Origin: Caldimicrobium thiodismutans
GTDB taxonomy: Bacteria > Desulfobacterota > Thermodesulfobacteria > Thermodesulfobacteriales > Thermodesulfobacteriaceae
DNA: 32,000 bases
Direction of reading: 5' to 3'
Assembly: GCF_001548275.1 (NCBI RefSeq)
Contig: NZ_AP014945.1
Location: 1,350,001-1,382,000, forward strand
This document shows, piece after piece, positions 18,126 to 27,226 of the stretch. The position numbers and the translations under genes were made by a program. The notes beneath the pieces were generated by a model. The model ran no database searches. It saw nothing but the letters and a program-made list of their open reading frames with translations, and was not told the origin of the DNA. Every line of letters begins with the position of its first letter. Position 1 is the stretch's first letter.

Positions 18126-19145
18126 ATGCCAAAGATTGCCATTATTGGAGCAGGCTCTTGGGGGACAGCCCTTGGAAAGGTCTTAGCTGAAAAGGGGCTT
18201 GATGTTATCCTTCTTGCCAGAAGAAAGGAAATTGTAGATTCTATAAATTCTCTCAAAGAGAACCCCTTTTATCTCCCTGGAATTCCTCTTCCAGGAGCCC
18301 TCAAGGCCACTCTTGACCCTGAAGAGGCCCTTAGTAAGTCAAACCTTGTTATCTGGACCATTCCTTCTCACACTCTTAGAGAAAATCTTTATAACCTTGA
18401 ACCTTATGTATCCAAAATAAGGTTTCATCTCTCAGGTATCAAGGGGATTGACATTGAAACCACTAAAAGCCCTCTTCAGCTTTTAAGAGAACATCTTGGT
18501 GAGGATAAACTTTATTTTGTTCTCGGGGGGCCATCTTTTGCTCTTGAGGTAGCCAAGGGGCTTCCCACAGCAGTTGTTGTTGCTGGCCCTGAAAGAAAAG
18601 AAACCCAAAAAATTCAGGAATTACTTGCCTGGAAATACTTTAGAGTTTATCGGAGTTATGATCCCCTTGGAGTGGAAATTGCCTCGGCCCTTAAAAATGT
18701 TATTGCCATTGCCTCAGGCATATGTGATGGCTTAGGCCTTGGTCTTAATGCAAGGGCAGGATTAATCACCAGAGGACTTATTGAAATCATAAAACTTGGG
18801 ACAAAACTCGGAGGTAAAAAGGAAACCTTTTATGGCCTTGCAGGACTTGGAGATTTGGTATTAACCTGTACAGGTGCCCTTTCAAGAAATTATCAGGTTG
18901 GGTTAAAACTTGGTGAAGGAAAATCCCTTGAGGAGGTCTTAAAGGAGATTAAACAAGTTGCAGAGGGGGTAAAAACTGTTTCTGTGGTAAAAGAGCTTTC
19001 AGAAAAATTTGAAGTCTCTTTACCCATTTGTGAAGAGATTTATAATATTATTTATAAAGAAGAAAAACCAAGAAACTCTATTGAGAGACTCCTTGCAAGG
19101 AGTTTAAAAGAAGAATTTGAGGAGGTGGAAAATGAAAGAGCTTAA
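18126..19145 (+). CDS. gpsA: NAD(P)H-dependent glycerol-3-phosphate dehydrogenase
   Basis: N-terminal IAIIGAGSWGTALG Rossmann motif, GPSFA, LKNVIAIA and GLGDLVLTCT. Confidence 0.95.
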   Translation: MPKIAIIGAGSWGTALGKVLAEKGLDVILLARRKEIVDSINSLKENPFYLPGIPLPGALKATLDPEEALSKSNLVIWTIPSHTLRENLYNLEPYVSKIRFHLSGIKGIDIETTKSPLQLLREHLGEDKLYFVLGGPSFALEVAKGLPTAVVVAGPERKETQKIQELLAWKYFRVYRSYDPLGVEIASALKNVIAIASGICDGLGLGLNARAGLITRGLIEIIKLGTKLGGKKETFYGLAGLGDLVLTCTGALSRNYQVGLKLGEGKSLEEVLKEIKQVAEGVKTVSVVKELSEKFEVSLPICEEIYNIIYKEEKPRNSIERLLARSLKEEFEEVENERA

Positions 19146-19473
19146 ACTTTTAATGCATGTTCCTGATTCTTCAAGGTTTGAGCCGGCTCTAAAGGTCTCA
19201 AGAAATTTTGCCTTAGCCATGGGAGAGAGACCCTACAAGGTAAAAATTCTTGTAAATTTCGAGGGAATTACAGTTTTAAATGACTTTACACCTTTTGTAG
19301 AACTTTTCAAAGAAGTCCTTTCTTATGGGGTTGAGGTCTATTTTTGTGAAAATGCCTTAAAAGGTTTTAATATACCCAGAGAAAAAGTTCCAGAGGGGGG
19401 GAAGACTGTTCCTGCAGGAATTGTAGCCCTTGTGGAATGGCAGGATGAAGGTTTTAGATATGTTAGGGCTTAG
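19132..19473 (+). CDS. DsrE/DsrF-like family protein (COG1416-like small protein)
   Basis: GAGGAGGTG RBS before the ATG at 19132. About 113 aa with the pattern LLMHV...ILVNFEGI...YFCENAL...VPAGIVALVEWQDEGFRYVRA, typical of DsrE-like proteins with one conserved Cys. This is recollection only. Confidence 0.55.
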   Translation: MKELKLLMHVPDSSRFEPALKVSRNFALAMGERPYKVKILVNFEGITVLNDFTPFVELFKEVLSYGVEVYFCENALKGFNIPREKVPEGGKTVPAGIVALVEWQDEGFRYVRA

Positions 19474-20305
19474 GAGTCTTGTTCTTGCCCTTTTGATAAT
19501 ATCCTTTTTTGTCTCCATCCTTAGAGCTGAAGAGCAGCTTATCTTTCTCATTTCACCTATGACCTCACCTGTTTCAACCCTTTCCAAGTTTCAGCCTTTG
19601 GCAAAATATCTTGAACATAGACTAAGTAAGAAGATTGTTATTAAACAAAGAAATAATTATCAAAAAATAAACGAAAATCTTGCTCAGAATAGAGCCCATT
19701 TTGCTTATTTATGTACGGGTGGCTATCTTAAAGGCAGAGAGCTTTATAACCTTGAAATCCTTGCTATTCCAGTCATCAATGGTAAAAAAACTTATCAGGC
19801 CTATGTGGTTGTGCACAAAAATAGCCCCTATCAGAATATTGAAGACTTAAAGGGCTTAACCTTTGTTTTTACTGATCCACTATCCCTTACAGGCCATCTT
19901 TTTATAAAAGCTTATTTAAAAAAACTCGGGGCCTCACCAGAAAACTTCTTTAAAAAAACTTACTTTACTGGTAGCCACGAAAAGTCTATTGAGGCCGTAG
20001 CTCGGGGTTTGGCTGATGCTGCTTCCATTGATAGTCTTGTTTTTGAAGACTTGAAGCTTAAGGGAGATGCTCTGATTAAAGATTTGAAAATTATTTATAA
20101 ATCTCAGGAATTTGGTATGCCTCCTTTTGTGGTTTCTCCTCACCTTTCCAAAAATGAAAAATTGAAACTCTTACAGACTCTACTTAAAATGAATAATGAT
20201 CCTGAGGGAAAGGAAATTTTAAGAGGTATTGGTTTTGATCGTTTTGACCCCCCGGATCATACCCTTTACACTTCTGCAATACAGATTTTGAAACTTATAA
20301 AGTGA
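19460..20305 (+). CDS. PhnD-like (phosphonate-bd family) periplasmic substrate-binding protein, stand-alone
   Basis: Signal/anchor MLGLRSLVLALLIISFFVSILRA, with a PBP type-2 pattern (YQAYVVVHKNSP...GSHEKSIEAVARGLADAASIDS). No ABC permease or ATPase genes are nearby. The start may be 19430, 19445 or 19460. Confidence 0.7.
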   Translation: MLGLRSLVLALLIISFFVSILRAEEQLIFLISPMTSPVSTLSKFQPLAKYLEHRLSKKIVIKQRNNYQKINENLAQNRAHFAYLCTGGYLKGRELYNLEILAIPVINGKKTYQAYVVVHKNSPYQNIEDLKGLTFVFTDPLSLTGHLFIKAYLKKLGASPENFFKKTYFTGSHEKSIEAVARGLADAASIDSLVFEDLKLKGDALIKDLKIIYKSQEFGMPPFVVSPHLSKNEKLKLLQTLLKMNNDPEGKEILRGIGFDRFDPPDHTLYTSAIQILKLIK

Positions 20306-21576
20306 TAAATCTAAAACTATTTTTGCGTAGCCTTAGTTTTAAACTTTCCTTAGCTATAATCACCATAATCTTATTTACTTCTTTTACGGTCGGTATCGTT
20401 ATTTTTCAGGGACAAAAAACCTTTCTTGAAAAAGAACTTCATAAAAAGGGGCTTTATTTAAGTAAATTGCTTTCTGAACAGCTTATTGAACCTCTACTTT
20501 ATGAAGAAAAATTCACCCTTTATAAAACTCTTGAAACCTCTTTTAATGCAGAACCTGACTACATTTTATTTGCTGAGGTCTTTTCTCTTCAAGGAGACCC
20601 TATGGTTGCTCTTTTTAAAGAAAAACCACCACAAAATTTGCAACCTGATATCCTCAAGAACATAAACACAGTAAGTTTTAAGGAATTTGCTGATCATTAT
20701 GAAATCTTGAGCCCGATTATAGCTAAAAATTACGGGATCATTGGCTATCTCAGACTGGGAATAAGTTATAAAACCTGGAAGGAAACACTGCAAGAAGTCC
20801 ATAGTAAGGCCTTCTTCACAGTTTTTTTCATTACTTTATTGGGTATTCTAATAGCTCTTTTTATCACCAGAAAGATCATACAGCCAGCGCAGGAGAGAAT
20901 GCTAAGGGCTGAGAAGTTATCAGCCCTTGGCCAATTTGCTTCAGGCCTTGCCCATGAAATTAAGAACCCCTTAACCTCGGTTAAGATGCTTCTGCAAGAG
21001 AGCATTGAAAGTCAATCTCCTTTAGAAAAAAGGGATCTTGAAATCATTGAAAAAGAACTCAACAGAATTGATAAGATTGTTAAAGATTTCCTCAGTTTTG
21101 CCAGGGTTAATAAAAGGGAACTAAAATTAGTAAACCTTTCGGAACTGATAGGCAATGTGGTTGAACTCTGTCGGGGAGAAATTGAAAAGGCCGGTATTGA
21201 TCTTGAAATACATTCACCTCTACCCCCCCTTGAAATTTATGGAGATGAGGATGGTTTGAAACAAGTCATTATAAATCTTTTATTAAATTCTTTTCAGGCT
21301 ATCAATGGTAAGGGAGGAAAAATAGAAATTAAACTACAAAAAATAGGAAAACAAGCTAAAATTAACATTGTGGATACAGGGTTGGGAATACCCAAGCGAT
21401 TCCTTCCCCATATCTTTGATCCCTTCTTTACAACTAAAAAAGAAGGAACAGGCCTTGGTCTTTCTATAGTTAGCAGAATTGTTAAAGAACATCGTGGAAA
21501 AATTGAGGTCTTCTCTGAAGAAGGCAAAGGAACTAATGTAGAAATAATACTTCCTCTTTCTGGTAAATCGTTATGA
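20302..21576 (+). CDS. Sensor histidine kinase (two TM helices flanking a periplasmic domain of about 135 aa; HisKA-HATPase)
   Basis: GTG start overlapping the upstream stop (GTGA). H-box SGLAHEIKNPL, N-box LLLNSFQA, G1 DTGLGIP and G2 GTGLGLS. Confidence 0.9.
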   Translation: MINLKLFLRSLSFKLSLAIITIILFTSFTVGIVIFQGQKTFLEKELHKKGLYLSKLLSEQLIEPLLYEEKFTLYKTLETSFNAEPDYILFAEVFSLQGDPMVALFKEKPPQNLQPDILKNINTVSFKEFADHYEILSPIIAKNYGIIGYLRLGISYKTWKETLQEVHSKAFFTVFFITLLGILIALFITRKIIQPAQERMLRAEKLSALGQFASGLAHEIKNPLTSVKMLLQESIESQSPLEKRDLEIIEKELNRIDKIVKDFLSFARVNKRELKLVNLSELIGNVVELCRGEIEKAGIDLEIHSPLPPLEIYGDEDGLKQVIINLLLNSFQAINGKGGKIEIKLQKIGKQAKINIVDTGLGIPKRFLPHIFDPFFTTKKEGTGLGLSIVSRIVKEHRGKIEVFSEEGKGTNVEIILPLSGKSL

Positions 21577-22940
21577 AAAGATTACTTATTGTAGATGACG
21601 AACCCTCTGTTCATTATGCCTTTGAAAAGGTTTTAAGTAAAGAATATGAAATCCATAGTGTTGAGACCTTGCAAGAGGCTTATTCTAAATTTGAGGAAAT
21701 CTCGCCCCATCTTGTTCTCTTAGATCTAAAGCTTCCTGATGGAAATGGGATTGAATTTTTAAAGAATATTAAAAAAGCCCAATCTGAGATACCAGTTATT
21801 GTTATTACTGCTTTTGCGGATACGGAAAGTGCTATTTATGCTATGAAAGAGGGAGCCTTTGATTATTTAGCTAAACCCTTTGACATTAACCAGCTTAAAG
21901 AACTCATTCGCAAAGCCCTTTCCTCAAGTAGTAAAGATTCAGAATCCCTTACCCTACAGGCTAATTTAAATTGTCCAGCCAAGATTGTAGGTAAGAGTAA
22001 GGCTATCCTTGAGGTTTCCAAACTTGTAGGCCAGATAGCAAATACTGATATTCCTGTGCTGATTATGGGAGAATCCGGTGTTGGTAAAGAGCTGGTGGCA
22101 AGAGCCATACACTGTTTTGGTAAAAGAAAGGAAAAACCCTTTTTAGCGGTTAATTGTGCCTCTTTACCAGATACCCTTATTGAGAGTGAACTTTTTGGAT
22201 ATGAACCAGGGGCCTTTACTTCTGCGGAAAAGAGAAAACTTGGTAAATTTGAAGTGGCTCACGGAGGGACTCTTTTTCTTGATGAAATCGGAGATATGAG
22301 TCTTTCTACTCAGGCAAAACTTCTGAGAGTCCTTCAGGATCAGACCTTTGAAAGATTGGGAGGAAATAAACCTATTCAGGTAGATGTGCGGATTATTGCC
22401 GCAACCAATAAAAATCTTAAAGAACTCATTAAAAATGGGCTTTTTAGGGCTGATTTATATCATCGTTTAAATGTAGTAAATATAGAAATCCCTCCCTTGC
22501 GAGAGAGAAAAGAGGATATCCCCATCCTTGTAGAATATTTCATACAGAGAACAAATCAAGAAGTTGGAACAGCTATTAAGGGTATAACCAAGGAGGCCCT
22601 TACTTTGCTTGAAAACTATAGCTTCCCGGGAAATGTTAGAGAGCTTGAAAATATTATTAAAAGGGCTGTTATTCTTGCCAAAGGTGCCTATATAACTCCT
22701 GAGGAAATTAGATTTCACTATCTTGAAAATGGCGACGAATTGGAAAATATAGTGAAAATCCTTGTTGAGGAAGGTTTTAACCGCTTCTCAGCTGATATCT
22801 ATCACGAAATTTTAAAACGAGTAGAGAGGAATCTTATTCAAAAGGCCCTTCAATTAACCGGGGGTAATCAGGTAAAGGCTTCAGCCCTCTTAGGAATTAA
22901 TAGACTTACCTTGAGAAAGAAACTGGAAGAATACTTTTAA
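21573..22940 (+). CDS. Sigma-54-dependent response regulator (REC-AAA+-Fis HTH, NtrC family)
   Basis: ATGA overlap with the kinase gene. REC motifs (IVDDEP, LLDLKLPDGNG, AKP), Walker [17 protein letters not shown] and a C-terminal HTH. The sigma-54 contact loop reads GAFTSA rather than GAFTGA. Confidence 0.92.
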   Translation: MKRLLIVDDEPSVHYAFEKVLSKEYEIHSVETLQEAYSKFEEISPHLVLLDLKLPDGNGIEFLKNIKKAQSEIPVIVITAFADTESAIYAMKEGAFDYLAKPFDINQLKELIRKALSSSSKDSESLTLQANLNCPAKIVGKSKAILEVSKLVGQIANTDIPVLIMGESGVGKELVARAIHCFGKRKEKPFLAVNCASLPDTLIESELFGYEPGAFTSAEKRKLGKFEVAHGGTLFLDEIGDMSLSTQAKLLRVLQDQTFERLGGNKPIQVDVRIIAATNKNLKELIKNGLFRADLYHRLNVVNIEIPPLRERKEDIPILVEYFIQRTNQEVGTAIKGITKEALTLLENYSFPGNVRELENIIKRAVILAKGAYITPEEIRFHYLENGDELENIVKILVEEGFNRFSADIYHEILKRVERNLIQKALQLTGGNQVKASALLGINRLTLRKKLEEYF

Positions 22941-23033
22941 AAATTGTATAAAAAATAAACAGCTCTGTCTATTTCATATTCAATTAATCGTTTTTTTGCT
23001 TTTAAAAATTAAGGATTTTTAAAGATTTTAATC

Positions 23034-23049
23034 TGGCATAAATTTTGAT
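23034..23049 (+). promoter_or_regulatory. Candidate sigma-54 promoter of the Fe-S/molybdopterin oxidoreductase operon
   Basis: TGGCAT-AAATT-TTGAT has a perfect -24 element and correct spacing, with -12 TTGA instead of TTGC. It lies 54 nt before the ATG at 23103 and directly downstream of a sigma-54 response regulator gene. Confidence 0.6.
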
Positions 23050-23102
23050 CTATTAATAATTGAAAATTTTTAGAAATAATCTCAGTATGAGGAGGTAGCT
23101 AT

Positions 23103-23876
23103 ATGACTGAAGACATTTTAATTACTATGAGGAGAGATTTAGAACGGGTCTTAAAACAAAAGAAAGAGGGCTTTCATTGGGTAATGATTATTGATTTAAG
23201 AAAGTGTGTGGGATGTCATGCCTGCACTGTTGGGTGTATGGCAGAGAATGTTTTGCCTCCAGGGATTATGTATCGTCCTGTTTTTGATCAGACCAATGGA
23301 ACTTATCCCAAGCTTAAGAGGGTTTTTATTCCAAGGCCCTGTCAGCAGTGTGATAATCCCCCCTGTGTGCCGGTATGCCCAGTAAAGGGTAAAGCTACCT
23401 GGAAAGAAAAGAAGGGAATCGGAGAAGGTATAGTTATGATTAATTATAATGAGTGTATAGGATGTGGAAAATGTGTTCCAGCCTGTCCATATAAGGTTAG
23501 GGCTTTAGACCTTGGAGAGTTTCACTCTCAAAATGCCCCCTTTATACCTGAATATGAGAAAAGACCAAACTTTGAGTATTTAAGGCCCTGGCCAAGAACT
23601 AAAGATGAAGATCCCATTGGAAAGGCAAGAAAATGCCACTTCTGTTATCATCGTTTGGTTCAGGGTATGCTTCCTATGTGTGTTACCACTTGCATTGGCA
23701 GAGCTAATTATTTCGGTGATCTCAAGGATAAAGAAAGCCTTGTCTATAAAATCTATGAAGAAAATAAAAATAAATTAATGACTATGATTAAAGTTCCTGA
23801 TGCTACACCTATTTATGGAAAGGCTGAATTTGGCAAATCTCCAACCAAACCAAGGGTTTTTTATATTCCGGCATAG
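23103..23876 (+). CDS. Four-cluster [4Fe-4S] electron-transfer subunit of a molybdopterin oxidoreductase (DmsB/PsrB/TtrB-like)
   Basis: Four Cys groups: CVGCHACTVGC, CQQCDNPPCVPVCP, CIGCGKCVPACP and CHFCYHR...CVTTC. It has no signal peptide of its own, so it probably hitch-hikes with the Tat-signal catalytic subunit. Confidence 0.9.
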   Translation: MTEDILITMRRDLERVLKQKKEGFHWVMIIDLRKCVGCHACTVGCMAENVLPPGIMYRPVFDQTNGTYPKLKRVFIPRPCQQCDNPPCVPVCPVKGKATWKEKKGIGEGIVMINYNECIGCGKCVPACPYKVRALDLGEFHSQNAPFIPEYEKRPNFEYLRPWPRTKDEDPIGKARKCHFCYHRLVQGMLPMCVTTCIGRANYFGDLKDKESLVYKIYEENKNKLMTMIKVPDATPIYGKAEFGKSPTKPRVFYIPA

Positions 23877-23910
23877 AATTAAAAAAATTTTAAAATAGGA
23901 GGAGGGAAGT

Positions 23911-26900
23911 ATGGAGAAAGAAAAAAAAGAGACCTTAAAAAGGGAAGGAGAAATTTTTGATCTTTCAAGAAGGGATTTTCTTAAGTGTTCTGCCCTTCTT
24001 GGTGGAACCTTACTTGCAGGTCAACTTGAATGGGCTCAGGATTTAATTAGAAGAGCCCAGGCAGGAGAACTTACCCCTGAGGAACAATATCAGCTCTCAA
24101 AGGCGGAAAATATTCTTTATAGTGTATGTCTCCAGTGTAATACCGGATGTGGTATTAAGGTTAAACTTTTTAGAAAAGGAAATCAGGCTATAGCAGTTAA
24201 GATTGATGGAAATCCCTATAATCCCTGGACTACTCTTCCCTGGGTTTCCTTGCCTGCCAATCCCAAGGAGGTAGCTAAAATTGATACCGCCATCTGTCCT
24301 AAAGGACAGGCTGGGATTCAAACCCTTTATGATCCCTATAGAATTACCAAGGTGTTAAAACGGGCTGGAAAAAGAGGAGAAAATAAATGGATTACCATTT
24401 CCTTTGATCAGGCTATAGAAGAAATAGTGAATGGAGGATATCTCTTTAAACATGTTCCTGGTGAAGAAAATCGCTATGTTAAAGGATTGAAGGATTATTA
24501 TGTCTTAAGAGATCCAAAGATTGCAAAAGAAATGGCTGAAGAGGTATCCAAAATCTGGAAGGCTAAAGACAAAAAACAGGCTGTTGAGGAATTTAAGGCT
24601 AAATTCAAAGATTATCTCCATGTGCTTATTGATCCAGACCATCCTGATCTTGGCCCCAAGAACAATCAAATTATTTATATGTGGGGAAGGAAAAAGGCAG
24701 GTAGAGGGGAATTTGATGCAAGATTTTTCAAAGATTATTTAGGCACAGTGAATACCCACGGGCATACCACTGTTTGTCAGGGTAGCTTGTATTTTACCTG
24801 TAAGGCTTTGAGTGAACAATATGAATACAATAAATTTAGTGGTGGTAAGAAATTTTACTGGCAAGCCGATCAGGAAAACTCAAAATTTATCCTTTTTATT
24901 GGAGCCAATCTCTTTGATGCAAATTATGGGCCACCTAACAGAACAGTTAGAATTACTGAGAGGCTTGCTAAGGGAGAATTAACTATTGCTGTTGCTGATC
25001 CAAGATTTAATAAACTTGCTTCCAAGGCAAAGTATTATCTCCCTGTTAAACCAGGAACAGATGCTGCCCTTTGCTTAGCTATAATTCAGTGGATTATTAA
25101 TAATCAAAAATATGATGCCAGATATTTGCGCTGTGCAAATAAAGCTGCTGCAAAAGAGACAGGAGAGCCCACCTGGTGTAATTCTACATGGCTTGTAAAG
25201 ATTGACAAGGATGGGAAAGCAACCAAGTTTTTAAGAGCTCATGAGATAGGTCTTGCTGAACCCAAAAAGGTCGTTGACAAAGATGGTAAGGAGCACACTT
25301 TGGAATTCTTAGTTGTCATGAAGGATGGAAAGCCAGTTGCCTTTGATCCCAATGATGACAAAAATCCCGTTTATGGAGATCTTTTTGTGGATACTGAAAT
25401 CAATGGAATAAAGGTAAAAAGCGCCTTACAAATTCTCAAGGAGAGTGCCTCTGCCAAAACTCTGGAAGAATGGGCAAAGATTTGTGATGTAGATCCCAAG
25501 CTTATTGAGGCTGTAGCCAAGGAGCTAACAAATTATGGAAAGAAGGCTTGCGTTGATGTTCACAGGGGAGTTGCTCAGCATACAAACGGCTTCTATAATG
25601 TTACCGCAGCTATGAATATAAATCTTCTTCTTGGGAACTTTGACTGGAAAGGAGGAATGATTGCAGCCTCAACTTATGCCATTGATGGAAGTAAAAAAGG
25701 TCAGCCCTTCAATTTTGCTAAAATGAAACCTAAGGCCTTAAAACCTTTTGGAATTAGTATTATCAGACATGATGTAAAATACGAAGAGACCACTCTCTTT
25801 AAAGGGTATCCTGCTAAGAGAAACTGGTATCCCCTTTCTTCTGATATTTATGAAGAAATCATCCCCTCCATTGGAGATGCCTATCCCTATCCTTGCGGAA
25901 TTCTCTTTACCTATATGGCTGCTCCAACCTATGCCCTTCCAGCCGGGCATACCAATATTGAAATCCTGGCTGATGTAAACAAGGTTCCCCTTTACATAGC
26001 TTCTGACATAGTTATAGGAACAACCTCAATGTATGCGGACTATATCTTTCCTGATCTAAGTTATCTTGAAAGATGGGAATTTCATGGATCTCATCCCAAC
26101 ATGCCTGCTAAGGTTCAACCAGTAAGACAGCCCGTTGTTGCACCCATTCCAGAAACAGTTAAGGTCTTTGGAATGGAAATGCCTGTTTGCTGGGAGACCT
26201 TACTTCTTGCCCTTGCTGAAAAACTCGATCTTCCCGGCTATGGTGAAAATGGATTTGGTGAAGGCCTTCCCTTCAAACATCTGGATGACATGTATATCCG
26301 TATGGTAGCCAACATTGCTATGGAAGAACCAGCTGTTCCTGACGCCTCAGATGAGGAAGTAGATCTTTTCATCAAAGCAAGGTCTCATCTTCCAAAGAGT
26401 GTTTTTGATGTAGAGAGATGGAAAAAGATAGCAGGCCCCTATTTCAAAAAGGTTGTTTGTATCCTGAATAGAGGTGGGAGATTTCAGGATTATAAAGATG
26501 TCTATAAGGGTGAACAGGTGTCTAATAAGTATGGAAAGCTCATAAATATTTATCAGGAAAAGACTGCAGGAACAAAGAATTCTGTTACCGGAAAATCCAA
26601 CCCAGGATATGCAATTTATATACCCATTATGGCCCTTGATGGTAAGACCCCTGATGGACATGGATTAACTGCAGGATATGATTTACATCTGATCACTCAA
26701 AGAGATATTACTCAAACTAAGAGCAGAACCATTGTAGATTACTGGTTGCTTGCTGTTTATCCAGAAAATGGTATTGTTATTAATCCTATAGATGCTAAAG
26801 TTCTTGGCTTAAAAGCAGGTGATCTCGTAAAGGTAGTCTCTGCAACTAATCCAGAAGGGGTTTGGGATCTTAAAAATGGCAAGAAGAAGCCCATGATCGG

Positions 26901-27153
26901 AAAGGTCATAGTCACGGAAACTATAAAACCAGGTGTCATAACTTTTACTCTGGGACATGGGCACTGGGCAACAGGAGCAGGAGACTTTATAATTGACGGA
27001 AAGCTTATCAAAGGTGACCCAAAAAGAGCAACAGGAATCCATGCAAATGCAGCTATGTGGGTTGATCCTTATATGAAAAATACCTGTATGCTCGATCCCG
27101 TAGGAGGCTCAGTATCCTTCTATGACACTAAGGTAAAATTAATCAAAGTTTAA
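23911..27153 (+). CDS. Tat-exported molybdopterin (bis-MGD) oxidoreductase catalytic subunit, 1080 aa, tetrathionate reductase TtrA-like
   Basis: Twin-arginine signal SRRDFLKCSALLGG and an N-terminal FS0 motif (CLQCNTGCG ... CPKGQAG). The unusually large size is comparable to TtrA (about 1000 aa) rather than PsrA/ArrA/NapA (750-850 aa). Several blocks (KRAGKRGENKWITISFDQAIEEIV; IIQWIINNQKYDARYL) match my recollection of TtrA. The family call needs a database check. Confidence 0.65.
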   Translation: MEKEKKETLKREGEIFDLSRRDFLKCSALLGGTLLAGQLEWAQDLIRRAQAGELTPEEQYQLSKAENILYSVCLQCNTGCGIKVKLFRKGNQAIAVKIDGNPYNPWTTLPWVSLPANPKEVAKIDTAICPKGQAGIQTLYDPYRITKVLKRAGKRGENKWITISFDQAIEEIVNGGYLFKHVPGEENRYVKGLKDYYVLRDPKIAKEMAEEVSKIWKAKDKKQAVEEFKAKFKDYLHVLIDPDHPDLGPKNNQIIYMWGRKKAGRGEFDARFFKDYLGTVNTHGHTTVCQGSLYFTCKALSEQYEYNKFSGGKKFYWQADQENSKFILFIGANLFDANYGPPNRTVRITERLAKGELTIAVADPRFNKLASKAKYYLPVKPGTDAALCLAIIQWIINNQKYDARYLRCANKAAAKETGEPTWCNSTWLVKIDKDGKATKFLRAHEIGLAEPKKVVDKDGKEHTLEFLVVMKDGKPVAFDPNDDKNPVYGDLFVDTEINGIKVKSALQILKESASAKTLEEWAKICDVDPKLIEAVAKELTNYGKKACVDVHRGVAQHTNGFYNVTAAMNINLLLGNFDWKGGMIAASTYAIDGSKKGQPFNFAKMKPKALKPFGISIIRHDVKYEETTLFKGYPAKRNWYPLSSDIYEEIIPSIGDAYPYPCGILFTYMAAPTYALPAGHTNIEILADVNKVPLYIASDIVIGTTSMYADYIFPDLSYLERWEFHGSHPNMPAKVQPVRQPVVAPIPETVKVFGMEMPVCWETLLLALAEKLDLPGYGENGFGEGLPFKHLDDMYIRMVANIAMEEPAVPDASDEEVDLFIKARSHLPKSVFDVERWKKIAGPYFKKVVCILNRGGRFQDYKDVYKGEQVSNKYGKLINIYQEKTAGTKNSVTGKSNPGYAIYIPIMALDGKTPDGHGLTAGYDLHLITQRDITQTKSRTIVDYWLLAVYPENGIVINPIDAKVLGLKAGDLVKVVSATNPEGVWDLKNGKKKPMIGKVIVTETIKPGVITFTLGHGHWATGAGDFIIDGKLIKGDPKRATGIHANAAMWVDPYMKNTCMLDPVGGSVSFYDTKVKLIKV

Positions 27154-27167
27154 ATTTTTTTATTCAC

Positions 27168-27200
27168 GGGGGGAGAAATCCTTCTCCCCCCTTTTTATTT
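27168..27200 (+). terminator. Strong rho-independent terminator after the molybdoenzyme gene
   Basis: GGGGGGAGAA (27168-27177), loop ATCC, TTCTCCCCCC (27182-27191), then TTTTTATTT. Confidence 0.9.
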
Positions 27201-27226
27201 AACATTTCCTTAACATTTTCATTAAA

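Noticed and set aside
22941-23033. Candidate enhancer sites for the response regulator (TGT-N11-ACA at about 22945-22961, ACAGCTCTGT at about 22959-22968, TAAAAAT-N5-ATTTTTA at about 23002-23020).
   Set aside because: All are short, imperfect or purely A/T palindromes, which are expected by chance in this AT-rich spacer. None is repeated elsewhere in the window.
23911-27153. Alternative identities for the 1080-aa molybdoenzyme (polysulfide/thiosulfate reductase PsrA/PhsA, arsenate reductase ArrA, formate dehydrogenase, a second nitrate reductase) and a possible selenocysteine codon.
   Set aside because: The length is 200-300 aa greater than those families. There is no in-frame TGA. napA is separately present with a clear NapA Mo-ligand motif. 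These alternatives cannot be formally excluded without phylogeny, so the TtrA-like call is kept at moderate confidence rather than asserted.
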